Assembly (NCBI GenBank): GCA_041904885.1
Contig: JAYRND010000065.1
Location: forward strand, 1-60,707
Direction of reading: 5' to 3'
Length of the DNA: 60,707 nt
From: Burkholderiales bacterium
GTDB lineage: Bacteria; Pseudomonadota; Gammaproteobacteria; Burkholderiales; SG8-39
The notes under the pieces were generated by a model. It saw nothing but the letters and a program-made list of their open reading frames with translations. It had not been told where the DNA came from and did not search any database. Below are positions 26,501 through 35,948 of the stretch, piece by piece. The translations under genes and the position numbers were made by a program. Every line of letters begins with the position of its first letter. Positions within the stretch are counted from its first letter, which is position 1.

Positions 26501-27336
26501 ATTGAATCCGCGAACATGCGCTCGAGGCGGCAGAACAGGAGCCAGCCCGCCAGGAGCATGCCGACCGAAGCCGGCAGCGCAATCGCAATCGCCTGCGCCG
26601 GGAAGCTGCTTGCGCCGAATATCGCCCAGCGGAGAAGCTCGATGATGCCGACCAGCGGGTTCAGCTCCAGCCAGGGAAGAATTTCGGCGGGGACAATGCT
26701 CGAAGGGTAAACCACCGGCGACGCGAACATCAGCAGCTGCAGCGACAACGGCACGAGGTTCGGGAAATCCCTGAAGTAGACGCTCAACGCCGCGGTGGCA
26801 AGCGCGACACCCAGGGTGAAGGCGACGAGCAGCAGGAGCGCCGGCCCGACCCAGAGCAGGCGTGCGTGCAGGCCGACGCCGTACCAGGCGAGAATCGGCA
26901 GCAGGAAGACGAACGTCACTGCGAGGTCCGCGACGGCGAGCCCGACCGACGCCGCAGGCAGCGCCGCCCGCGGGAAATACACCTTGGTCACGAGCGACTG
27001 GTTGGCCAGCAGCGAATAGGTCGCATGCTGGACGGATCCGGCGAAGAACATCCACGCCGCGATGCCGACGAATGCGAACGGAAAATAGGGAACGCCTCCG
27101 GTCGGAACGCGCACCCACAGGCCGAAAACCAGGGCGAAAACCAGCGCGGTCAGGAGCGGCTGCAGGAACGCCCAGACGACGCCGAGGAGCGTCTGCTGGT
27201 ACCTCAGCCTGACCTCGCGCTGCACGAACAGCGCGACGAGATGGCGGACGCGCCAAATTTCGGCCAGCGCAGCGAGCGGCGAAAGGGGCCGGCTGTCGAT
27301 CACCTCCAGGCGGTGCGGCGGCGGGTTCATGCGCAC
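26497..27336 (-). CDS. wzm: ABC-2 type polysaccharide exporter permease (Wzm/TagG-type)
   Basis: 279 aa with the N-terminal motif LFVQREVRLRYQQTLLGVVWAFLQPLL and six hydrophobic segments. The start is GTG 27336 or ATG 27330. Confidence 0.85.
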   Translation of the reverse strand: MRMNPPPHRLEVIDSRPLSPLAALAEIWRVRHLVALFVQREVRLRYQQTLLGVVWAFLQPLLTALVFALVFGLWVRVPTGGVPYFPFAFVGIAAWMFFAGSVQHATYSLLANQSLVTKVYFPRAALPAASVGLAVADLAVTFVFLLPILAWYGVGLHARLLWVGPALLLLVAFTLGVALATAALSVYFRDFPNLVPLSLQLLMFASPVVYPSSIVPAEILPWLELNPLVGIIELLRWAIFGASSFPAQAIAIALPASVGMLLAGWLLFCRLERMFADSI

Positions 27337-27361
27337 ATGAAGGTATCATCGCCCGCTGACG

Positions 27362-28429
27362 ATGAAAAATTCTCCTGCCGCGACCGAGCCGCTGCGAATC
27401 GCCGCGGTCGGGCTCGGGTGGGTGACCTTGCACCGGCACCTCCCGGCGATGCGCGGCCTCGCCGGTGTACGGGTCGTCGGAGTGGTCGACCGCCGCGGCG
27501 GCCATGCGCACTCGGTGGCGCAGGCTGCGGGGGTCCCCCGCTTTCACGAAGGCGAATCCCTGGCGGCGATTCCCTGGCTCGACGAGGTGGACGCCTTCAG
27601 CATCGGCGCGCCTCCCAAGGCCCACGCGGCGCTCATCCAGCAGGCGCTGGAACTGGGCCGCCATGTCATCACCGAGAAGCCGTTCGCGATGAGCGTCACC
27701 GAAGGCGAGAAGCTGGTGGCACTCGCGCGCGAGCGGCAGAGAACGCTCGCCATCGTGCACAACTTCCAGTTCGCGCGGTCCGCGCTGCGCCTGCTCGGCG
27801 ACCTGGGCGCGGGCCGCTTCGGGCGCATCTCTTACCTGCACGCGCAGCAGCTGGGCAACCCGGCGCGCCGCCTGCCCGCGTGGCACGAGGAGCTGCCGCT
27901 GGGCCTCTTCTACGACGAGAGCCCGCACATGCTGTACCTGCTTCGGGCGCTGGCGCCCGCTCCGCTGCGCTTCCTGCGCGCGCAGGTCCACGCGAGCCGC
28001 GCGGGCAGGAACACTCCGGCCTGGATCTCGGCCCACTATGCCGCGGGCCCGGACGAGATTCCGGTCAAGCTCGACATGGGGTTCGAGGCGCCGCTGAGCG
28101 AATGGCACGTCTCGCTCGCGGGCGAGCGCGGCCTGGGCGACCTGGACGTGTTCCGAGACATCTACGCGTGGCTGCCGAACGACGGCGCGCATACGGCCTG
28201 GCCGGTGCTGCGCACTTCTCTCGCGGCCACCTGGTCGCACTGGTCGCAGCACCTGCTGAGCGGCCCGCGCCACCTCGCGGGCAGCCTGCTCTACGGCAAC
28301 GACGAAGTGTTCCGCCGGTTTGCCGCCGCGGCTCGCGAATCGAGCGTGCCCGCGGGGATCGGCGCGGAAGATGCGCTCGCGGTGCTCCGCATGCAGCACG
28401 CGATCGTCGAGCATGCCGAGCCGCTTTGA
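27362..28429 (+). CDS. Gfo/Idh/MocA family oxidoreductase
   Basis: 355 aa with an N-terminal Rossmann segment (LRIAAVGLGWVTLHRHLPAM), EKP motif (VITEKPFA) and a C-terminal alpha/beta domain. Confidence 0.82.
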   Translation: MKNSPAATEPLRIAAVGLGWVTLHRHLPAMRGLAGVRVVGVVDRRGGHAHSVAQAAGVPRFHEGESLAAIPWLDEVDAFSIGAPPKAHAALIQQALELGRHVITEKPFAMSVTEGEKLVALARERQRTLAIVHNFQFARSALRLLGDLGAGRFGRISYLHAQQLGNPARRLPAWHEELPLGLFYDESPHMLYLLRALAPAPLRFLRAQVHASRAGRNTPAWISAHYAAGPDEIPVKLDMGFEAPLSEWHVSLAGERGLGDLDVFRDIYAWLPNDGAHTAWPVLRTSLAATWSHWSQHLLSGPRHLAGSLLYGNDEVFRRFAAAARESSVPAGIGAEDALAVLRMQHAIVEHAEPL

Positions 28430-29571
28430 TGCGGGTAGTCCTCGTCACGCACTACTATCCCGCGCATCGTAGCGGCGTCGAGATCGTGGCCGGCGAGATC
28501 GCGAGCCGCCTCGCCGCGGACCATGGCATGGAAATCGTCTGGCACGCGAGCGACTGCGATGCGGCGCCTGTGGAAGGCGACGCGCGGCTGCGCTGCGAGC
28601 CGGCCCGGGCCTTCAACGGGCTGGAGCGCTGGCTCGGCCTGCCCTACCCCCTGTGGTCCTGGGATTCGCTAGCCCGGTTGGCGCGCTCGGTGCGGGAGGC
28701 GGATCTCGTGCACCTGCACGACTGCCTGTACCTCGGCAACATCGTCGCGTATGCGGCCGCCACGCGTGCCGGCCGCCCGGTGGTGGTCACGCAGCACATC
28801 GGCATGGTGCCGTACCGCAATCCCGCCCTACGGCTGATGCTTGCGCTCGCGAACTGGCTGGTCGGCCGTTTCGTGCTTGGCGGCGCATGCCGCGTCCTGT
28901 TCATCGCGGAAACCACACGCGCATACTTCGCTCGCCGGGTTAGTTTCCGCGATGCGCCGCTGGTCGTGGCCAACGGCGTGGACGGCGCGCTGTTCGCACC
29001 GGCCAAGGACGCGGAGCGCGTCGCCCTTCGCGAGCGCCTGGGAGTGCGCGAAGGGCAGCCCCTGCTCCTCTTCGTCGGCCGGTTCGTGGAGAAGAAGGGC
29101 CTGTGGCTGCTCGAGCGGCTGGTCGCGGCATTGCCCGAGGCCGCCTGGCTGTTCGCCGGGCACGGCCCGCTCGACCCGGAACGCTGGGGCGCACCCAATG
29201 TGCGCGTCCTGCGCGGCCTGGACGCCGCCGGAATCGCGCCGCTCTACCAGGCGGCGGACCTGCTGGTGCTACCCAGCGTAGGCGAGGGCTTTCCGCTGGT
29301 GGTGCAGGAGGCAATGGCCTGCGGCACCCAGGCGGTGGTGGATACGGCGGTCGCGGAGGCCTGCCCGCCCGCGGCCGACCTGCTCCAGGCCGAATCCGTG
29401 CGTGGCGCGGACGCCGCAGAGCGCTGGGAGCGCCGCATCCGCGCGCTTCTGCACGATGGCTGTGACCCCGCGCAGCGCGCCCGGCTCGCGGGGTTCGCCC
29501 GCGATTATTGGTCCTGGGACGAATCCGCGCGACGCCACGCGGAGATCATGCGCGAGTGCGCTGCGCGATGA
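28429..29571 (+). CDS. GT4-family (group 1) glycosyltransferase
   Basis: Start trimmed to ATG 28429 (TGATG with the upstream stop) in track ORF 26866..29571. MRVVLVTHYYPAHRSGVEIVAGE... plus the E-x7-E region LVLPSVGEGFPLVVQEAMACG. Confidence 0.85.
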   Translation: MRVVLVTHYYPAHRSGVEIVAGEIASRLAADHGMEIVWHASDCDAAPVEGDARLRCEPARAFNGLERWLGLPYPLWSWDSLARLARSVREADLVHLHDCLYLGNIVAYAAATRAGRPVVVTQHIGMVPYRNPALRLMLALANWLVGRFVLGGACRVLFIAETTRAYFARRVSFRDAPLVVANGVDGALFAPAKDAERVALRERLGVREGQPLLLFVGRFVEKKGLWLLERLVAALPEAAWLFAGHGPLDPERWGAPNVRVLRGLDAAGIAPLYQAADLLVLPSVGEGFPLVVQEAMACGTQAVVDTAVAEACPPAADLLQAESVRGADAAERWERRIRALLHDGCDPAQRARLAGFARDYWSWDESARRHAEIMRECAAR

Positions 29572-31217
29572 CTGCGCCCCCGCTTTCGATCGAAGTGCGC
29601 AGGCTGGCGTGGGCCTGCCTCGCTGTCACGATCGCCATCGGCGCGGCACTCGCCTATCGCAGGGCTGGGCTGGCCAACCCCTACGCGGGCGTTTCGATCT
29701 ACAGCCACCTGCTGCTGTTCCAGGACTATTACGCCGTCGCGCCCTACGCACTCGTCGCCGTCCTCGCTCTCCTTGCGCCGGTGCGGGAGCTGGGGCTACG
29801 CCTGGCAGAGCTCTGCGGTCAGCAAGCGGGCGTCGTGGCGATCGCCACGGCGCTCGCGCTCGCCGTGGGCAGCCGCTACGTCTACCACGCGCACCCGCTG
29901 TCGATGGACGAATACGCGCTGGTCTTCCAGAGCCGGATATTTGCCGCGGGACAGCTCACGGGCAGGTACCCCGCCGAGCTCGTCGACTGGATCATTCCGC
30001 ATTTCTTCCAGGGCCGGTTCCTCGCGTTTTCGGTCGCAACGGGCGAGGTGCTGTCCGTCTACTGGCCCGGCTATTCGCTCCTGCTCACGCCCTTCACCCT
30101 GGCCGGCGCGCCCTGGCTCCTGAATCCGCTGCTTTGCGGGGGTACCGTTCTGGTCGTGCATCGCCTCGGCCTGCGGCTGTTCGGCAGCCAGGAGGCAGCG
30201 GGCCTCGCGGTGCTGCTCACCATCGCCTCGCCGGCGGTGACGATCAACGGGCGCTCGGTCTACAGCATGCCCGCGCACCTGCTCGCCAACGGGCTGTACC
30301 TGCTGCTCCTCCTGGAGCCCACGGCGCGGCGCGCTCTTCTCGCCGGGGCGGTCGGATCGCTCGCCCTGACGCTGCACAATCCGGTGCCGCACATTTTCTT
30401 CGCCCTGCCGTGGCTTGCCTGGCTCGCATCCCGGCCCGACCGCTTCCGGCTTCTGGGCGCCCTGGCCGCCGGCTACCTGCCGGGCTGCCTGCTGCTCGGA
30501 TTTGGCTGGTCGCTTTTCCTGAGCGGGCACACCCAGGCCGCGGCAAGCGGCATTGCTGCCGCCGGCGCGAACCTCCTCTACGAGCGCGCTGCCTCGATCG
30601 GCACCACTGTGTCGAGCCTGGGCCTTGCCTCGCGGCCTCTGGACCTTGCCAAGCTGTGGCTCTGGTCGGCGCCGGGAATGATGGCGCTCGCACTGGTGAG
30701 CGGCTGGCAGCTGAGGCGAGAGCCGGGCCTGTGGTGGGCGATTGCAGGTTCGGGACTCCTCACGTATTTCGGCTACTTCCTCGTGCCCTTCGACCAGGGC
30801 CACGGCTGGGGCGCGCGCTATTTTCATTCGGCCTGGCTGGTGCTGCCGCTGCTGGCGGTCCGCGTTCTGCGCGTGCCCAATGCGCCTCTGGCCGGATACC
30901 TTGCCGGCTGCGCCCTCCTCAGCCTGGCGCTGCTTACCTGCCTGCGCGCGCTGCAGGTGGAACAGTTCGTCTCCCGGCACCTCTCCCAGCTTCCTGCCGC
31001 GGCGGGCGGCGAAGCAAAGGTCCTGATCCTCGACGGCCGCAACAGCTATTACGGCTGGGATCTCGTGCGCAGCGACCCGTTTTTCCGCGACGACGTGAAG
31101 GTGCTGTTCTCGCGCGGCGCAGAACGCGATGCCGCGATGATGGCCGCGCGGTTCCCGCAATACCGCCTGCTTGCCGCGGACCGATACGGCTGGGCCTGGG
31201 GGATTCCCTCCCGCTAG
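29568..31217 (+). CDS. polytopic membrane protein, GT-C-like (possible lipid-linked-sugar-dependent glycosyltransferase)
   Basis: Start trimmed to ATG 29568 (ATGA overlap). More than 10 hydrophobic segments. An acidic motif lies in the first predicted loop (HPLSMDEYALVFQSRIF), as in ArnT/PMT-type enzymes. Function is inferred only. Confidence 0.45.
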   Translation: MTAPPLSIEVRRLAWACLAVTIAIGAALAYRRAGLANPYAGVSIYSHLLLFQDYYAVAPYALVAVLALLAPVRELGLRLAELCGQQAGVVAIATALALAVGSRYVYHAHPLSMDEYALVFQSRIFAAGQLTGRYPAELVDWIIPHFFQGRFLAFSVATGEVLSVYWPGYSLLLTPFTLAGAPWLLNPLLCGGTVLVVHRLGLRLFGSQEAAGLAVLLTIASPAVTINGRSVYSMPAHLLANGLYLLLLLEPTARRALLAGAVGSLALTLHNPVPHIFFALPWLAWLASRPDRFRLLGALAAGYLPGCLLLGFGWSLFLSGHTQAAASGIAAAGANLLYERAASIGTTVSSLGLASRPLDLAKLWLWSAPGMMALALVSGWQLRREPGLWWAIAGSGLLTYFGYFLVPFDQGHGWGARYFHSAWLVLPLLAVRVLRVPNAPLAGYLAGCALLSLALLTCLRALQVEQFVSRHLSQLPAAAGGEAKVLILDGRNSYYGWDLVRSDPFFRDDVKVLFSRGAERDAAMMAARFPQYRLLAADRYGWAWGIPSR

Positions 31218-31220
31218 CGG

Positions 31221-32399
31221 TCAGCGCCGGTCGCGCCCCCGCGCCAGCATCATCGCCAGCAGGAAAGCGCTGAACATGAGGTTGAGCCCGAGCACCACGA
31301 TGGTTGTCGCGACGAACGCGAGGTGCACCGTGTCCTGCATTGCCTGGCCGGGATGGGCGATGCGCTCGGCAAGGATCGCGGCGTCCACGACGAGGCCGAG
31401 GAGCATCAGCACCGCGCCGGCGATCAGGCCGATTTCCAGGGTGTAACGGCCCGTCAGCAGATCGAGCACGCGGCTCCTCAGCGCCGGAAAGCGCTGCGCC
31501 ATGACCGCCTTGGCAAGCACGCCGAGGTTCAGCACGTTGAAGCCGACCAGGGAGAGCATGGCGCCCAGCGCGAGATAGTGAATGCCGAAGTACCGGCCCC
31601 ACAGGTTGGCCGGGCCCTGCACAAGGAGGCCCTGGATCAGCAATCCCGTAGCGAGCAGCAGGGTCCCGGGCACCAGGTAGAGGTAGTCGGGAGCGTGCGT
31701 GAGGATCAGCCGCAGGTTCCGCCAGCCGTCGCGGAAAGTCCGCAGGTGTGGCGCGCGGCCACGCTTGTCCGGATAGAGGCGCGTTGGCACTTCGGCGATG
31801 CGCAGGCCCTGATGGGCCGCCGCGATCACCATCTCGGCGACGAACTCCATTCCCGGCGCCGCCGTGCGCATGCGCGCGTAGGCATCGCGCGTGAATGCCC
31901 GCATGCCGCACTGCACGTCCCCCAGCCGGACGCCGAACGCGAGGCGGATCAGCGCCGACAGCAGCGGAGTGCCCAGATACCGGTGCAGCAGGGGCATCGC
32001 GCCCGGCTCGATGCCGCCGGCGAAGCGGTTGCCCGCCACCAGGTCGTAGCCTTCGCGCACTTTGGCGACGAAAGGCGCGATCGCGCCCCAGTCGTAGGAA
32101 TCGTCCCCGTCGCCCATCACGATGATGCGCCCCTGCGAGGCCTCGATGCCCGCGTGCAGGGCCACGCCGTAGCCTTTGACGGATTCGTGGACCACCCGGG
32201 CGCCGGCTTCCCGCGCCACGTCGGCCGTGCCGTCGGTCGAGCCGTTGTCGACCACCACAACTTCGCCAGCGATCCTCATTTCGGCAAAGCTCCGCCGCGC
32301 CTTCTGCACGCAGATGCCGATCGTGCGCGCCTCGTTGAGGCAGGGAATGACCGCGGATACCTCGATGCCCGCTTCAGCCGGACTCTTCGTGGTACTCAT
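31221..32399 (-). CDS. GT2 glycosyltransferase with C-terminal TM segments (polyprenyl-phosphate sugar synthase type, ArnC/GtrB/DPM1-like)
   Basis: 392 aa. [14 protein letters not shown]...[15 protein letters not shown]...[10 protein letters not shown] is a GT-A fold with a DxD motif, followed by about 4 hydrophobic helices. Confidence 0.82.
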   Translation of the reverse strand: MSTTKSPAEAGIEVSAVIPCLNEARTIGICVQKARRSFAEMRIAGEVVVVDNGSTDGTADVAREAGARVVHESVKGYGVALHAGIEASQGRIIVMGDGDDSYDWGAIAPFVAKVREGYDLVAGNRFAGGIEPGAMPLLHRYLGTPLLSALIRLAFGVRLGDVQCGMRAFTRDAYARMRTAAPGMEFVAEMVIAAAHQGLRIAEVPTRLYPDKRGRAPHLRTFRDGWRNLRLILTHAPDYLYLVPGTLLLATGLLIQGLLVQGPANLWGRYFGIHYLALGAMLSLVGFNVLNLGVLAKAVMAQRFPALRSRVLDLLTGRYTLEIGLIAGAVLMLLGLVVDAAILAERIAHPGQAMQDTVHLAFVATTIVVLGLNLMFSAFLLAMMLARGRDRR

Positions 32400-33939
32400 C
32401 GTCGATGTTGATGCCCCAGATTTCCGACTTGTCGGAGCTGCCCGCGAGGATCGCTTCCACCGCCTTCTTCGCCGTCAGCATCGAGTGGTCCTGGTTGTTG
32501 TACCGATGCATGCCGTTGCGCCCGGCGAGAAACAGGTTCGGGATGCCGTCAAGGTAGGCGCGCAGCTCGTCGAAGCGCGCGTAGCTGCCATAGTAGCCGG
32601 GATAGGCCTTCGGCATCCGGATCACGATGCCGTCGAGGAAATCGGCACCGTCCGCAAGGTTCAGGCGCCGCATCTCGGCGACGCCCAGCTCGCGCAGCGC
32701 CTCGTCCGTCATCGTCCAGAGCGCATCGCCCTCGCGGCAGAAGTACTCCATGCCGATCCACACCGTTCCCGGATCGTGAACGAGATAGGGGCTCCAGTTG
32801 TTGAAGATCTGCAGCCGGCCCACTTTGACGCCGGCTTCCTGCACGTAGATCCAGTTGTCGGGGACCATGTTCAGCGGCCCGCTGCCCCCGGCGTTGCGCA
32901 TCAGCCGGCGATAGAGCAGGCCGACGGTGATGAAATCTCGGTACTCCAGCCCGGCAGCGATCTCCCGCGCGTCGGCGGGCGCCTCGGGCGCGAGCCCGAG
33001 AACGAGGTCGCGCACGGGCATCGTGGAGATGAACGCATCTGCCTCGTACCTCTGCGTCCCGCCGTCGGTCCTGCGCGCATTCACCGCGCAGATCCGGCCC
33101 GCGGACTGCTCGATGTCGATGACGGGCGCCTCGAACTGCAGGCGCACGCCCCGCTCGCGCAGGCGCTCTGCCGTCGTTTCCCACATCAGCCCGGGGCCCG
33201 TCTTCGGGTAAAGAAAGCGCTCGATCAGGGAGGTCTGCTGCGCGGCGCCGAGCCCGCCGCCGCGCCGGAACGGCTTGAGAACCGCGTGCAGCAGCGCCTT
33301 GGCGATCGACAGGCTCTTGACGCGCTGCGCGCCCCATTGCGCGCTGATCTTGTCGCAGGGCGTGCCCCAGACCTTCTCGGTGTAATCCTTGAAGAACTGC
33401 AGGTAGAGCAGGCGGCCGAAGCGATTGATGAAGAAGTCCTCGAGGCTGCGCTCGGGCCTGCGCGGAAACAGCATCGACCAGGCGTAGCTCGCGCCGAATC
33501 GGGCGCAGCGCCACAAACCCAGCTTTCGCGCGGTCGCAAAATTCGCCTTCAGCGGGTAATCGAAGAACTTGCCGTCGAAATAGATACGCGACAGCCGCTG
33601 GCGCACCAGCATCACGCGCGCCTCCGACTCGGCCGCTGCCGGTCCTCCGCGCAGTTCCCGCCGTCCGCCCTGATAGGAAAGCACGAGGTCCCCGCCGCCC
33701 GGCACCGCCTGCGGGCCCGCCGCAAGCGGGAGCATTCGCGTCCACCAGTCCATCACCCAGTCCGACTTGGAAAAGAACCGGTGCCCGCCGATGTCGATGC
33801 GGTTGCCCTTGTATTCGACCGACTGCGACAGCCCGCCTACATTTCGCGTCGCCTCGAGAACGACGACGTCCCGCACGCCGGCCTCGGCGAGCTCCCAGGC
33901 GGCGGTCAGCCCCGCCGGGCCGGCGCCGATGACGACCAC
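32374..33939 (-). CDS. FAD/NAD(P)-binding oxidoreductase (amine-oxidase / pyranose-mutase-like fold)
   Basis: 521 aa from a GTG start. Dinucleotide motif [20 protein letters not shown]...[11 protein letters not shown]...GGHRFF. The substrate is unknown. Confidence 0.75.
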   Translation of the reverse strand: MVVIGAGPAGLTAAWELAEAGVRDVVVLEATRNVGGLSQSVEYKGNRIDIGGHRFFSKSDWVMDWWTRMLPLAAGPQAVPGGGDLVLSYQGGRRELRGGPAAAESEARVMLVRQRLSRIYFDGKFFDYPLKANFATARKLGLWRCARFGASYAWSMLFPRRPERSLEDFFINRFGRLLYLQFFKDYTEKVWGTPCDKISAQWGAQRVKSLSIAKALLHAVLKPFRRGGGLGAAQQTSLIERFLYPKTGPGLMWETTAERLRERGVRLQFEAPVIDIEQSAGRICAVNARRTDGGTQRYEADAFISTMPVRDLVLGLAPEAPADAREIAAGLEYRDFITVGLLYRRLMRNAGGSGPLNMVPDNWIYVQEAGVKVGRLQIFNNWSPYLVHDPGTVWIGMEYFCREGDALWTMTDEALRELGVAEMRRLNLADGADFLDGIVIRMPKAYPGYYGSYARFDELRAYLDGIPNLFLAGRNGMHRYNNQDHSMLTAKKAVEAILAGSSDKSEIWGINIDDEYHEESG

Positions 33940-33972
33940 ACGAGACCGGATGGTTTCGATCGCCGGGTTCCC

Positions 33973-34374
33973 CTAGGTGTTCCTGGTGAAGAGCAGAAGC
34001 TTGCGAAGGGCGAAATTGAAGCAGAAAACGGTGCCGGCCGAAATGAGCTTGGCGACTTCGTAGGAGCCGGGCAGCAGCGCCACGGCCGCGTATATGACCC
34101 CCTGGTTGAGCGCCATCCCGGCCAGGCCGATGGCGGCGAAGACTGCGAACTCGGCGCGGCGGTCGGCGACCCTCCGGTAGCGGAACACCCAGCGCACGCT
34201 GAGCAGGTACACCGTCGCCAGCCCGCAGGCGAAGCCGATCGGCGCCGCGACGAGGTAGTCGACGCCGGCGAGGCGGATCAGCCCGACATAGAGGCCGAAG
34301 TCGACCGCGAGCGCGATCGCCGAAGCGACCAGGTAACGCAGGCCTTCGCCGGCGGCGCCTTCGAAGCGACTCAC
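33973..34374 (-). CDS. GtrA-family small membrane protein
   Basis: Last 133 aa of track ORF 33973..35013 with four hydrophobic helices: LRYLVASAIALAVDFGLYVGL...KLISAGTVFCFNFALRKLLLF. GTG 34374 overlaps the upstream stop (GTGA). Confidence 0.78.
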   Translation of the reverse strand: MSRFEGAAGEGLRYLVASAIALAVDFGLYVGLIRLAGVDYLVAAPIGFACGLATVYLLSVRWVFRYRRVADRRAEFAVFAAIGLAGMALNQGVIYAAVALLPGSYEVAKLISAGTVFCFNFALRKLLLFTRNT

Positions 34375-35948
34375 TCGCGCATCTTCAGCAGGATCGAGGT
34401 TGCCGCCCCACCCTCCGCCGCGCGGATGTGGACTGCGCTGGCGCCAGGGACCAGCGCCGCGACCCCGGCCTGCCAGGCCTGGGTGCGCACGGTATCGCGC
34501 GGGTGGTACAGGCTGAGGAACACGTAGTCGGCGCCGGAGTTGCGTACCGCCTCGCGATAGGCGGCGGGCACGAGCGCCGCATCGGGCGCTGCCAGGCCCT
34601 GACGGTCGGCGAGCAGGGCAATGTAGGACGGCGCAACCCACATCACGCGATCCCCGGGCCGCGTGACCCTGCGGATGACTTCCATGTCCGCGAAGAGGTC
34701 GAGGTGCCGCTGCGCGCGCGCTTTCGCCTCGGACAGGTTCGGGGTGCTGTACCAGTCGATGATTGCAGCGTGCGGATCGGGCATCCGGGCACGTTGTGCA
34801 AGGAATGGCAATGCCGGCGCGGTCAGGCTGAGCAGCAGGATCGCGACCAGTCCGTGTCCCAGCGCCGCCGGCCGGCCCAGCGCTCGCAGGCCGCGCGCCA
34901 GCGCCCAGAACGCATGCAAGATCAGCGCCGGGAGCGCCGGAAACAGGAATCGCCCCATCTGGTCGTAGAAAGGCCAGAGCAGGAGCGTCGCCAGGTAGCC
35001 CGCGGTCATCCACGCGTCGGGCTTGCCGGCAACGAGGCGCATCGTCATCCCGGCAAGCCCGAGGACGCCGACCGCCCCGGCAAGCAGCGGGCGCAGCGGC
35101 TGGCCATCCACCCAGAACAGGAGCAGCGCCGTCACCCAGGCTTCGCCCAGCGTGTGCGCCTGTCGTAGCAGACTTGCGCCGACCGCGGCTGCCGGATTCC
35201 CGGTACCCAGGAACGCCGCGCCATGTTCCTGCACGATTTGCGCGTAGCTGTCAGCAGTCGCCGCTGGGCGCAGCAACACCCAGATGCCGTAGGCGGCGAC
35301 CGCGCAGAGCGCCGGAATCGCGAGCCGCACGCGGGAGAGGACAGGCTGGCCCTGCCGCGTGACCGCCCAGAGCGCGTAGACCGCGATCATGGGCAGCGCC
35401 GCGGTCCGTGTGAGCGCCATGGCAGCCATCAACAACGCGACCAGCCACAAATGCTTGGGCCGGCATTCGATGTCGTCGAGCGCGAGGAACGTCGCCAGCA
35501 GCAACAGCCCAAACAGGGGCTCGCTGAGAATCCCCCTCGCGTGAATCCATAATGCGGGAAGAAGCGCGACGCAGAGGGCCGCCGCCACGGCCGCGCGCCG
35601 ACCCTCGAGCCAGCGCTGCGCCAGCGCATACGCGAGCGGAATCCAACCGGCGACGAGCAGCGCGGTCAGGACATGTGCCCAGGCCGTATGGTGCGCGGCT
35701 CCCGTAAAGGCGAGCAGCAGCGGAAATAGCGGCGGGTAGAACGCCTCCCGGGAGAAAGCGGCGGCAACCGCGGGCGAGGCCGCCTGCCACGGCGAGAACA
35801 CCTGTGCCATCACCAGATAGCTCACGCTGTCGTCGGCAAAGGTGGCAAGCGTGGGTTGCCAGACGAATGCGGCGCATGCCCAGGCGAAAGCAATCGTCAG
35901 GATCCCGATCACGACATTGGCAATCGCCGGCTGACTTGTCGCCTTCAT
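34371..35948 (-). CDS. polytopic membrane glycosyltransferase-like protein (GT-C fold, ArnT/PMT-like)
   Basis: 525 aa with more than 10 TM segments and a first-loop acidic motif (TFADDSVSYLVMAQVF). It sits with GtrA and the GT2 gene. ATGA overlap with the FkbM gene stop. Confidence 0.55.
   Translation of the reverse strand: MKATSQPAIANVVIGILTIAFAWACAAFVWQPTLATFADDSVSYLVMAQVFSPWQAASPAVAAAFSREAFYPPLFPLLLAFTGAAHHTAWAHVLTALLVAGWIPLAYALAQRWLEGRRAAVAAALCVALLPALWIHARGILSEPLFGLLLLATFLALDDIECRPKHLWLVALLMAAMALTRTAALPMIAVYALWAVTRQGQPVLSRVRLAIPALCAVAAYGIWVLLRPAATADSYAQIVQEHGAAFLGTGNPAAAVGASLLRQAHTLGEAWVTALLLFWVDGQPLRPLLAGAVGVLGLAGMTMRLVAGKPDAWMTAGYLATLLLWPFYDQMGRFLFPALPALILHAFWALARGLRALGRPAALGHGLVAILLLSLTAPALPFLAQRARMPDPHAAIIDWYSTPNLSEAKARAQRHLDLFADMEVIRRVTRPGDRVMWVAPSYIALLADRQGLAAPDAALVPAAYREAVRNSGADYVFLSLYHPRDTVRTQAWQAGVAALVPGASAVHIRAAEGGAATSILLKMRE

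Noticed and set aside
25271-28414. 1047-aa minus-strand ORF
   Set aside because: This is open frame running antisense through the Gfo/Idh/MocA gene and in an alternative frame over wzm. Only the C-terminal 409 aa (Wzt) are credible, and the ATGA coupling to wzm fixes the start at 26500.
26866-29571. 901-aa plus-strand ORF
   Set aside because: The first ~520 aa are low-complexity Arg/Gly/Pro sequence overlapping wzm (antisense) and the oxidoreductase (other frame). The real GT4 gene starts at ATG 28429.
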